DNA from: Candidatus Oxydemutatoraceae bacterium
Lineage (GTDB): Bacteria; Pseudomonadota; Gammaproteobacteria; Poriferisulfidales; Oxydemutatoraceae
DNA length: 64,000 nt
Assembly (NCBI GenBank): GCA_965219575.1
Contig: OZ244779.1
Coordinates: 1,740,769-1,804,768, forward strand
Direction of reading: 5' to 3'
This document shows positions 50,252 through 59,867 of the stretch, in pieces (within the stretch, counting starts at the first letter, position 1; the number at the start of each line of letters is the position of its first letter). The notes beneath the pieces were generated by a model that saw only the letters and a program-made list of their open reading frames with translations, had not been told where the DNA came from and searched no databases. The position numbers and the translations under genes were made by a program.

Positions 50252-53200
50252 CTACTGGAGCGGACCCTCTAAAAATACTTTGACGCGTATCATCAAAGCC
50301 GGGCGAGTAGTATAAATTCGCCCTGCCGAGTTAACTACTTCGTCATATCCCTGCCTATCCGTATAGGTCCCTATCACGCGAAATATACTACTCTCTTCTA
50401 CTAAAGGAAATGTTTTATCCCCCTCTAACGATACACTAGAACCCGATATTTCATACGGCGTTCCAATAGCTCCGTCAATATCCATCCAATTGCTCTCCGA
50501 GGGACAACGGCCTTCATTTCCTTCGCATACCTGCCATTGATACACTATAGTCCCACTGGTGCCACCGTCCGGATCCTCGGACGCAACCGATGCCGTCCAT
50601 GTCGACAATGTCGTCCCGCTGCTATCATCTACATCTATTTTTAGCGAAGTTCGCAAAATTGCATCGCCGTTATCTCTCTTGTTCGCTATCACCGACACCA
50701 TTCCCGTCGTAGAGGCAGTTCCATCGCTTACCGTCACCTCTAATTCCACCGTCGTTTCAGACGAAACAACATCGGTTATGAAGTAGTCGGGGATACTTAA
50801 TGTTGCCGGATTTCCGGATACATTTATCCCGGTATATTGGCTATTTACAGACCAATTATAAGTCAATCTATCTCCGTTAGCATCACTTGCATTTACTGTG
50901 ATGCGCTGCATAGCACCCTCATCTATCATCTCGGGTGCCAGAATACTTTCAATGACCGGACTTTCATTTGCAACCCTATACGAATTGGATCGGATTGTCG
51001 CCTCTTGTCCTTGGCTATCGGTTGCGGTAAATGTGATTGTCGCTTCTCCGGCTTGACCGGCGGTTAGTGTAAAAGTGATATTCATGTCCGCTGTGATGTC
51101 GGGAATCTCCATCGGCATCACCAATACGACGGATTGGTTTGAGGACATTGCCGCCACAGCGACTGTGTCGTTCATATCAAAGTTTTGATCCTTCACCGAT
51201 ATCACAATATTCGCAGTACTGCCTGCTTCTATCGTCGGCATCGACGAGGAAATAATCTCGAGGGTCGGGGCTTGGTTTGCTTCTACCGTCACCCTAAACA
51301 CTAGGGAAGCTATAGAATTTATTGTATCTCTGCCGTCATCCACCGTCGCAGTAATTGTTGCCTCACCCTCACTTACACCGGTAATCTCAAGTGTTCGGCT
51401 ACCACCGTCGGTCGCAATAATTATTGCAGTTGCAACAGTTCTGTCGTCGGAGTTAATGCTTACAACGAGATCGTCGTCGTCGGTATCGCGTACTACCACA
51501 TTGAGTGTCGTGCCGGCACCTTCCAACAATGTGATCGATAGAGGAAAAGTAGTCATAATCGTCGGCGTAATGTTTCCTCCGCGTGGCCTAGCTCTCTGGT
51601 CAGGCAGTAAGCTACCACAACGAGGCAATGGTGTCTCCGGTTTCGCATCGCAGGCAGGGTTACCGGTATCATCACCTAGTGCATATTTGACTGCCGGGTA
51701 TTGAACGCTGGTGCCGAAATCCCAGTTGTCACGGCTCCAGCTACTATATATCCCTATTGCCATTGTCGGTGATTGCAGTTCCATCGTAGTTTTAGTTGTG
51801 CCACCGGCACTTGTCTGTATCACACTAGTGTCTATATTCCAGTAGCTGTTCATGATGGAACCAAAGTTACCACCGACTAAACCACCTACACTGTCACTCC
51901 CTAAAACAGAACCCGTCGCATAGCTGTTCGTGATGGTGCCTCTGCTACTACTACTACTATTACCACTATTCCAACCGACTAAACCGCCTACACCAAAATC
52001 TCCTGAAACAGAACCCGTCGCATAGCTGTTCGTGATGGTGCCTCTATTCAAACCGACTAAACCACCTACATCATTACCATTTCCTGAAACAGAACTCGTC
52101 GCATAGCTGATCGTGATGATGCCTCTATTCAAACCGACTAAACCACCTACATCATTACCATTTCCTGAAACAAAACCCGTTGCGTAGCTGTTCATGATGG
52201 TGCCTCCATTATCACCAACTAAACTGCCTATATCTTCACCTCCTATAATATCTACATTTAGCAAACCAACATTAGCAATTGCAGCCTTATTTCCTGCATA
52301 ACCGAATAAGCCAACGATCGAGGTGTCGCTACTATTGATGAAGAGATGAGAGATGTTGTAGCCGTTGCCTTCAAACTTACCGCTAAAAGTATTAGCGGCA
52401 GAATCCCCAATCGGCTGCCAACCTGCTCCTGTAGCCCATATAGTCCTATTTTTCGCCAAACTATAGCTGCCAGCATTGTTAAAATCTAAATTTCTTGTCA
52501 ACTCATAGCCTCTGCATGCGTTATTAGGGCAACCTATTGCAATCTTAGGTGCCGTCTCGCTCTCTCTATAGCCCGTCCCATCCGGTTGATAACGCATCGC
52601 ATTCAATCCCTCTAAATTATCAACTTCTATCAAACCGTTATCATCCCTATCAACATCCCCGTTAAACTCATAATAATTAAGGGAGAGAGTATAACGAACG
52701 GTCTGCGTTATTTGACCTCTGCTCTCAACTTCAATTGTGATCGTAGTTATTCCGCCGGTGTTTAGCGAAATCATACCACTCTCATCACCACTATCCATAG
52801 CTATACCTCTAGCTTCTTCATCAGCCGTAATATAAACCTTGGCATCGGGATTTACTGTTGTTGGTCTGAACTGTATCGTGCTGATACTATTAACTACCGT
52901 CCCTCTGTAGCTCGGCACTACCACATTAAAATCAGGCGACAGATTACCTCTTAATAATTGCAATTCCCTCAAACCATATCTCAGTGCAGGCAACAACAAA
53001 CTACCACAGACAGGTAAATCTGTTGTGGTATCACTCACACTACGACATTCTCTACTATCCGTGTTAGGATTATCCGCATATTTGAGAACCGGGTATTGAA
53101 CGCTGGTGCCGAAATCCCAATTATCACTGCTCCAGCTACTATATATACCTGTTGCCATTGTAGGTGATTGCAGTTCCACCGTAGTTTTAGTCGTGCCACC

Positions 53201-55483
53201 GTCACTTGTCTGTATTCCACTAGTATCTATATTCCAGTAGCTGTCCGTGATAATACTTGAATTAAGACTAACTAAACCGCCTACATTGTCCGCTCCTGAA
53301 ACAGAACTCGTCGCATAGCTGTTCGTGATGGTGCCTCTACTGCTACTACTCCAACCGACTAAACCGCCTACATAGTCACCTCCTGAAATAGAACCTGTCG
53401 CATAGCTGTTCGTGATGGTGCCCCCGTCATTATGACCAACTAAACCACCTATATCCTCATTTCCTGCAATAGAACCCGTCGCATAGCTGTTCGTGATGGT
53501 GCCTTCATTATCACCAACTAAACCGCCTATATCGTCATCTCCTGCAATGGATCCCGTTGCGTAGCTGTTCGTGATGGTGCCTTCATTATCACCAACTAAA
53601 CCGCCTACATTAAAATTCCCTATAATATCTACACTTAACAAACCAACATTAGTGATTTCAGCCCCACCCTCTGCAGAACCAAACAAACCCACATCCTCAC
53701 TTTCACCTCTGCTAATCATAAGACCAGAGAGGGTGTAGCCATTGCCGTTAAACCGACCGCTGAAAGCATTAGAAGAATCCCCAATCGGCTGCCAACCTGC
53801 TCCCGTAGTCCATATAGTCATGTTGGCAACGGAACTATAGCTGTCAGCGTCGTTGAAGTCTAAATCTCTCGTCAATTCATAGCCTATGCATCCGTTATTA
53901 GGACAACCTACTGTAACCTTAGATGCTGTCTCGCTCTCTCTATAGCCCGTCCCGTCCGGCTGATAACGTATCGCATTCAATCCCTCTAAATTATCAATCT
54001 CTATCAAACCGTCGTCATCCCTATCAACATCTCCGCTAAACTCATAATAATTAACGGAGAGAGTATAACGAACAGTCTGCGTTGTTTGACTTCTGTTCTC
54101 AACCTCAATTGTGATTGTAGTTATCCCGTCGGTATTTAACGAAATCATACGACTCGCATCACCGCTATCTATGGCTGGGCTTCTAGCTTCTTCATTGGCC
54201 ATAACATAAACCTTGGCATCGGGATTTACTGTTATCGGTCTGAACTGTATTGTGTTGATACTATTAACTACCGTTCCTCTGTAGCTCGGCACTATCACAT
54301 CAAAATCAGGCGACAGATTACCTCCCACTAATTGCAATTCACTCAAACCTCTGGCGATAGGAGACAACAAACTCCCACAGACAGGTAAATCTGTTGTGGT
54401 ATCACCTACACTACGACATTCTCTACTATCCGTATTAGGATTATCCGTATATTTGAGCACCGGGTATTGAACGCTAGTGCCGAAATCCCAATTATCACTA
54501 CTCCAGCTAAGATATATCCCGGCTGCCGTTGTCGGCGATTGCAATTCCACCGTAGTTTTACTCGTGCCACCGTCACTTGTCCGTATCCCGCTGGTATTTA
54601 TATCCCAGTAGCTATCTGTGGTGGTGCCGGTATCGCTACGACCGACTAATCCACCCGCATTACTATCCCCTGTGACAAGTCCCGTAGCGTAGCTGTTTGT
54701 AATAGTGCCGATATCGTGACGGCCGACTAATCCACCTATCTGAGAAGTCCCTTCAACAGAACCAGTGGCATAGCTACTCGTTATAAGGTTGGTATTCCGA
54801 CCAACTAAACCACCTACACGCGCACTACCTGTAACAGATCCCGTAGCATAACTGTTCACAATAATGCCATAATTCCTACCGACCAAACCACCCGCACGAG
54901 AAGTCCCACCAACAGAAACCGTAGCATAACTACTCATGACGGTGCCCGCATTCCGACCAACTAGACCACCTACGCGAGAAGAAGTTCCGATAATAGAACC
55001 CGTCGCATAAGTATTCGTCATAGTGCTTTCGTTCCAACCCACTAATCCGCCTACATAAGAAGAAAAAGCTATAATATCTATATTCAGTAAACCCAAATTA
55101 GTGATTTCAGTACCACTGCCCGTATAACCAAACAGACCTATGTTGCTTGTGCCACTTCTGTCAATCATAAGATTAGAAATCGTAAAACCGTTGCCGTTAA
55201 ACCGACCGCTGAAAGCATCAGAAGAATCCCCAATCGGCTGCCAGCCCGCTCCCGTAGTCCATGTAATCTTGTTAGCTATTGAACTATAGCTGTCATCGTC
55301 GTTGAAGTCTAAATCTCTCATCAATTCATAACCTTCGTCCAGTTGAAAGCGGATTGCATTTAAGGTTTCCAAATCGTTGATGTCTATCAGCCCGTCGCCA
55401 TCGGCATCTACAACAGTATTAGTTTGAGCAACTATGTTCGCACTGAATAGTGCAAGTAGAACAATCAACAAGAGGGTTTTCAT
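50252..55483 (-). CDS. Large secreted GLUG-repeat / cadherin-like / Ig-like protein (1743 aa)
   Basis: Signal peptide, three modules of about 1.4 kb, Ig-like tail and C-terminal IRVKVFLEGPLQ. Confidence 0.9.
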   Translation of the reverse strand: MKTLLLIVLLALFSANIVAQTNTVVDADGDGLIDINDLETLNAIRFQLDEGYELMRDLDFNDDDSYSSIANKITWTTGAGWQPIGDSSDAFSGRFNGNGFTISNLMIDRSGTSNIGLFGYTGSGTEITNLGLLNIDIIAFSSYVGGLVGWNESTMTNTYATGSIIGTSSRVGGLVGRNAGTVMSSYATVSVGGTSRAGGLVGRNYGIIVNSYATGSVTGSARVGGLVGRNTNLITSSYATGSVEGTSQIGGLVGRHDIGTITNSYATGLVTGDSNAGGLVGRSDTGTTTDSYWDINTSGIRTSDGGTSKTTVELQSPTTAAGIYLSWSSDNWDFGTSVQYPVLKYTDNPNTDSRECRSVGDTTTDLPVCGSLLSPIARGLSELQLVGGNLSPDFDVIVPSYRGTVVNSINTIQFRPITVNPDAKVYVMANEEARSPAIDSGDASRMISLNTDGITTITIEVENRSQTTQTVRYTLSVNYYEFSGDVDRDDDGLIEIDNLEGLNAIRYQPDGTGYRESETASKVTVGCPNNGCIGYELTRDLDFNDADSYSSVANMTIWTTGAGWQPIGDSSNAFSGRFNGNGYTLSGLMISRGESEDVGLFGSAEGGAEITNVGLLSVDIIGNFNVGGLVGDNEGTITNSYATGSIAGDDDIGGLVGDNEGTITNSYATGSIAGNEDIGGLVGHNDGGTITNSYATGSISGGDYVGGLVGWSSSSRGTITNSYATSSVSGADNVGGLVSLNSSIITDSYWNIDTSGIQTSDGGTTKTTVELQSPTMATGIYSSWSSDNWDFGTSVQYPVLKYADNPNTDSRECRSVSDTTTDLPVCGSLLLPALRYGLRELQLLRGNLSPDFNVVVPSYRGTVVNSISTIQFRPTTVNPDAKVYITADEEARGIAMDSGDESGMISLNTGGITTITIEVESRGQITQTVRYTLSLNYYEFNGDVDRDDNGLIEVDNLEGLNAMRYQPDGTGYRESETAPKIAIGCPNNACRGYELTRNLDFNNAGSYSLAKNRTIWATGAGWQPIGDSAANTFSGKFEGNGYNISHLFINSSDTSIVGLFGYAGNKAAIANVGLLNVDIIGGEDIGSLVGDNGGTIMNSYATGFVSGNGNDVGGLVGLNRGIITISYATSSVSGNGNDVGGLVGLNRGTITNSYATGSVSGDFGVGGLVGWNSGNSSSSSRGTITNSYATGSVLGSDSVGGLVGGNFGSIMNSYWNIDTSVIQTSAGGTTKTTMELQSPTMAIGIYSSWSRDNWDFGTSVQYPAVKYALGDDTGNPACDAKPETPLPRCGSLLPDQRARPRGGNITPTIMTTFPLSITLLEGAGTTLNVVVRDTDDDDLVVSINSDDRTVATAIIIATDGGSRTLEITGVSEGEATITATVDDGRDTINSIASLVFRVTVEANQAPTLEIISSSMPTIEAGSTANIVISVKDQNFDMNDTVAVAAMSSNQSVVLVMPMEIPDITADMNITFTLTAGQAGEATITFTATDSQGQEATIRSNSYRVANESPVIESILAPEMIDEGAMQRITVNASDANGDRLTYNWSVNSQYTGINVSGNPATLSIPDYFITDVVSSETTVELEVTVSDGTASTTGMVSVIANKRDNGDAILRTSLKIDVDDSSGTTLSTWTASVASEDPDGGTSGTIVYQWQVCEGNEGRCPSESNWMDIDGAIGTPYEISGSSVSLEGDKTFPLVEESSIFRVIGTYTDRQGYDEVVNSAGRIYTTRPALMIRVKVFLEGPLQ

Positions 55484-55650
55484 TTTTTAATAAATTAATA
55501 ATTTACTTTATTTTTCAGATTATAACAATTTAGAAATAATAATCAATCTATTGTAGGATGCCATAGCATATTGGGCAAATGGGGGTAATGTTAAGGACTT
55601 CTTTTTTACTCGCTTCAATTACAACCTCTACTTGCATGGTGGCAGTAGTA

Positions 55651-58600
55651 TCATTTATCCAGCAAATCTAAGTTTGTATCGTGCAACGGCCGGGCTGTGC
55701 GCAGCGAAGCCGGCGATGCAGTAAACCATTTCCTTACGTTCAAGCCGTCATGAGTATGCCCACTTTGCCGATCAAAGGTGCCGTGGCTGTGTGGATAAGT
55801 ACTGGTTTGCTCGTATTTACCGTTGATTGTCGTTATGTGCGGTGGCGGAATGGTGCCGAGCGACTCGGGCAATTCCTTTTCAAAAATACTCACGGCGGCA
55901 TCCATGACGATATCGGCGATAGTACAAAACAAGTGTTGTGTGTTGCCATTGCGACAGAGACTTGAAACGGTATCGGCCATGGCGCCCACGATGGTGCCGG
56001 TATCGGTTTTTCGCAGCGCAGACAAACCATCCATAGTCACCGAACCTAAACCTCGAGTAGCCTCGTAGTAGCTGTAAACAAAATCACCATCTCCTCGTCG
56101 ACTAAATTGTTCGATATACTCGTTCAATTCATCCAACTGCCCGGAAGTTGCAGGATGATTTTCATCCGTCAATAGGATTACGGCGATGCGGAAATGTCGC
56201 TGCGCATCTTCCGAATTAGGAACCCGTGCCCCGTGAGTGGCAATAATATCCTCTATAGTAAGTGTCTGTACATTGCTTGCGGTGAAAATCGGTTGCCCAT
56301 TCGTTGTGGCTCTCGTAGAACCGCCCTCTTCTAATAACCAACGACCATCCTCGGCCACCCAGAGATCCGGAACATCTTCCGGTGCCAGAAGACCTGCAAA
56401 ATAAAGTTCTATCGAACTATAGGGAACAATATTGCCACGATTGGCAATTGTCCCAAAACTACCGGCGGTGTATTGCCCATCCCCTAAATCAACCAAGTCG
56501 GCGATATCAAATCCGCCAAGTTGCCCATCTGCGCTACTAAATCCCCAATGTCCACCATAGGCTGTCGGTATGGTATAGTTTGCCCACGCATGCTGCAGTT
56601 CGTGTAGCGAGGGACCATACAGTAGTAATCCTTTTTCGGGAAAGTGCATTACGCCTTTCAAGGTATTCGCAGAACCGTACCGATTGTCATAAAATTTGGC
56701 TAAACCTATTCCTTCAACATCGTTCCGAACCCTAAGATATACACCGTAATAAAAAATATTCTCATGATCATCGATATCGTCAAGATTGGAGAAGAACATC
56801 AAGAAATCAAAACTATCCTCAAAATGTTTGTATAATTGCGATGCGTAGGCATCAAGATTAAGTCCTCTAAATGCCGTTCCGCGCGTGATATCCTCGTCAA
56901 TACGCATTACAATCACATTATCATTATGCACAAAAATATCCTGAGATACGCTCACTCGGAATTGAACCTCATCTTCGTTTCCTAAGCTATCGGTGATAAT
57001 GATTGTCGCTGTCGTATTACCTAATCCTATTAGTGTGATTGCAAACTCTGCGGTTCTCGTCACTTCGTCAGTAGCGTCGGATAAAATTATTGTATCCGTA
57101 GCAATAGATATAACCGACTCGCCACCTTCATCTAATTCTAATGTCATTGACACAGGCAGGTCATAAGCCTCAACGACGACCGGCAAATTAGTCACCGAAT
57201 TTTCATCTTTTTTTATTAGATGCACGGTCCGACCTTCTGCCGGACTGATTATTTTCACATAGTTGGATTCTTGAGCAACACGAAATCCAAAAGATTGATA
57301 TTCTATGGACGCATAAGCATTGCGAGAGAAGGAAAAAATATCATTCAGCGAACTGTTCCAAGCTCCACCACGCACTACATAACTTTGGAAAGGACATCCA
57401 TCAGACCAAGCACTGCCGTCCGACGGTGCACCCTCGTAGCCATAGTGCCAACAATCCTCTACCCACTCACCGACATTACCATGTATATCATGTAGCCCGA
57501 AGGCATTCGCAGGATAACTACCAACTCGAACAGTCCCTCGACAAGGAGAATTAGCTATTGAACCGCAACCGGAATGCCAATAGCGCGCCTGACTCGATAA
57601 AATCGTCGAACCGAAATGATACGGTGTGGTTGTTCCTGCCCTAGCTACATATTCCCACTCCGCTTCGGTCAACAAGCGATATTTCTTCTTTGTTTTTCTC
57701 GATAACCAACGAGTGTATGCTTGCGCATCATGCCATGAAACGCACACAACCGGATGGTTATCAAATTGCGAAAAACCCGGAGAACGCCAATTAAGATTGG
57801 TGCCATAGTCATACCTATCGCCAATATATTCGAAGCAATCATCGTATGTGAAGCGTCTTGTCTCGTCGACAAATGCCTCATACTGTCCGCGAGTCACTTC
57901 GTATTTTCCGACTGCAAAGGAGTTGGAGATAGTAACTAAATGTTGTGGTTGGGAAGAGCCCAAATAATATCTCCTTTCGCCTATGGTTATATAAGACCCT
58001 GTCGACCCCATCATAAACTGCCCTGCCGGCACTACGACCATCTCAGGACAAGTCGGACAATCACTAAAAGTTTTATCCGAAATATCCTGAAATACGCTCA
58101 CCCGAAATTGAACCTCATCTTCGTTTCCTAATCTATCGGTGATAATGATTGTCGCTGTCGTATCACCTAATCCTATTAGTGTGATTGCAAACTCTGCGGT
58201 TCTCGTCACTTCGTCAATAGCGTCGGATAAAATTATCGTATCCGTAGCAATAGATATAACCGACTCGCCACCCTCATCTAATTCTAATGTCATTGACATA
58301 GGCAGGTTATGAGCCTCAGCGACGACCGGCAAATTAGTCACCGAATCTTCATCTTTGTTTATGAGATTCACGGTCTGACCTTTTGCCGGACTGATTATTT
58401 TCACATAGTCGGATGCCTGAGCAACCAACCGAAATTGAACCTCATCTTCATTTCCTAAGCTATCGGTGATAATGATTGTCACTGTCGTATTACCTAATCC
58501 TATTGGTGTGATAGCAAACTCTGCGGTTCTCGTCACTTCGTCGGTAGCGTCGGATAAAATTATTGTATCCGTAGCAATAGATATAACCGACTCGCCACCT

Positions 58601-59763
58601 TCATTTAATTCTAATGTAATTGACACAGGCAGGTTATAAGCCTCAACGACGACCGGCAAATTAGTCACCGAATCTTGATCTTTTTTTATGAGATGCACGG
58701 TCCGACCTTCTGCCGGACTGATTATTTTCACATAGTTGGATACCTGAGCAACACGAAATCCAAAAGATTGGTATCTGGACGGGAAAGCATTGCGAGAGAA
58801 GGAAAAAATGTCATTAAGCGAATTGGCCCAAGCTCCACCACGCACTACGTAATCTTGGGAAGGACATCCATCAGACCAAGCACTGCCGTCCGACGGTGCA
58901 CCCTCGTAGCCATAGTGCCAACAATCCTCTACCCACTCACCAACATTACCATGTATATCATGTAGCCCGAAGGCATTTGCAGGATAACTACCAACTCGAA
59001 CAGTCCCTCGACAAGAAGAATTAGCTATCGAACCGCAACCGGAATGCCAATAACGCGCCTGACTCGGTAAAATCGTTGAACCGAAATGATACGGTGTAGT
59101 TGTTCCTGCCCTAGCTACATATTCCCACTCCGCTTCGGTCAACAAGCGATATTTCCTTTTTGTTTTTTTTGATAACCAACGGGTGTATGCTTGCGCATCA
59201 TGCCCTGAAACGCACACAACCGGGTGGTTATCAAATTGCGAAAAACCCGGAGAACGCCAATTAAGATCAGTGCCATAGTCATACCCATCGCCAATATATT
59301 CGAAGCAATCATCGTATGTGAAGCGTCTTGTCTCGTCAACAAATGCCTCATACTGTTTGCGAGTCACTTCGTATTTTCCGACTGCAAAGGAGTTGGAGAT
59401 AGTAACTAAATGTTGTGGTTGGGAAGAGGAACCCAAATAATATGTCCTTTCGCCTATGGTTATATAATATCCTGTCGCCCCCATCATAAACTGCCCTGCC
59501 GGCACTACGACCATCTCAGGACAAGTCGGACAATCACTAAAAGTTTTATCCGACCGGAAAATTCTGCTTGCTTCACTAGTGCCACCCCCCATAAGAGCAC
59601 CTTCTAGGAAAACTTTGGCTCGCACCTTTACATTAGTTGTCGACATATCTATTTGTGCATTTGCCGATAGAGAATACACGCTAGCCGTTATAGCTATAAC
59701 GCTTAAAAACGACATCCTAATAATCCCCCTGACGTTCTCCTTCTTTTTAGTGTCCATATCCAA
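55651..59763 (-). CDS. Secreted protein with two FGE-sulfatase (CLec-fold) domains, three Ig-like repeats and a HExxH metallopeptidase-like domain
   Basis: CPEMVVVPAG..RLLTEAEWEY..GNVGEWVEDC..RGGAW..GFRVA twice, and LHELQHAW; start 59715 or 59757. Confidence 0.88.
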   Translation of the reverse strand: MDMDTKKKENVRGIIRMSFLSVIAITASVYSLSANAQIDMSTTNVKVRAKVFLEGALMGGGTSEASRIFRSDKTFSDCPTCPEMVVVPAGQFMMGATGYYITIGERTYYLGSSSQPQHLVTISNSFAVGKYEVTRKQYEAFVDETRRFTYDDCFEYIGDGYDYGTDLNWRSPGFSQFDNHPVVCVSGHDAQAYTRWLSKKTKRKYRLLTEAEWEYVARAGTTTPYHFGSTILPSQARYWHSGCGSIANSSCRGTVRVGSYPANAFGLHDIHGNVGEWVEDCWHYGYEGAPSDGSAWSDGCPSQDYVVRGGAWANSLNDIFSFSRNAFPSRYQSFGFRVAQVSNYVKIISPAEGRTVHLIKKDQDSVTNLPVVVEAYNLPVSITLELNEGGESVISIATDTIILSDATDEVTRTAEFAITPIGLGNTTVTIIITDSLGNEDEVQFRLVAQASDYVKIISPAKGQTVNLINKDEDSVTNLPVVAEAHNLPMSMTLELDEGGESVISIATDTIILSDAIDEVTRTAEFAITLIGLGDTTATIIITDRLGNEDEVQFRVSVFQDISDKTFSDCPTCPEMVVVPAGQFMMGSTGSYITIGERRYYLGSSQPQHLVTISNSFAVGKYEVTRGQYEAFVDETRRFTYDDCFEYIGDRYDYGTNLNWRSPGFSQFDNHPVVCVSWHDAQAYTRWLSRKTKKKYRLLTEAEWEYVARAGTTTPYHFGSTILSSQARYWHSGCGSIANSPCRGTVRVGSYPANAFGLHDIHGNVGEWVEDCWHYGYEGAPSDGSAWSDGCPFQSYVVRGGAWNSSLNDIFSFSRNAYASIEYQSFGFRVAQESNYVKIISPAEGRTVHLIKKDENSVTNLPVVVEAYDLPVSMTLELDEGGESVISIATDTIILSDATDEVTRTAEFAITLIGLGNTTATIIITDSLGNEDEVQFRVSVSQDIFVHNDNVIVMRIDEDITRGTAFRGLNLDAYASQLYKHFEDSFDFLMFFSNLDDIDDHENIFYYGVYLRVRNDVEGIGLAKFYDNRYGSANTLKGVMHFPEKGLLLYGPSLHELQHAWANYTIPTAYGGHWGFSSADGQLGGFDIADLVDLGDGQYTAGSFGTIANRGNIVPYSSIELYFAGLLAPEDVPDLWVAEDGRWLLEEGGSTRATTNGQPIFTASNVQTLTIEDIIATHGARVPNSEDAQRHFRIAVILLTDENHPATSGQLDELNEYIEQFSRRGDGDFVYSYYEATRGLGSVTMDGLSALRKTDTGTIVGAMADTVSSLCRNGNTQHLFCTIADIVMDAAVSIFEKELPESLGTIPPPHITTINGKYEQTSTYPHSHGTFDRQSGHTHDGLNVRKWFTASPASLRTARPLHDTNLDLLDK

Positions 59764-59820
59764 AGTTAGTTTTCATGCTATTACTCTCGCAGATATACTA
59801 GGAATTGATACTCTAATGCG
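59730..59820 (-). mobile_element. IS3 right-end remnant
   Basis: TGACGTTCTCC..CAAAGTTAGTTTTCATGCTA..TAATGCG matches the IS3 end. Confidence 0.85.
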
Positions 59821-59867
59821 ATAGTTTACCATGCAATGGTTGTCGCACCGGCATATGAACATAGGTT

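Noticed and set aside
55651-59763. Complete DGR in the window
   Set aside because: No reverse transcriptase, Avd or non-coding template repeat; both similar segments are coding.
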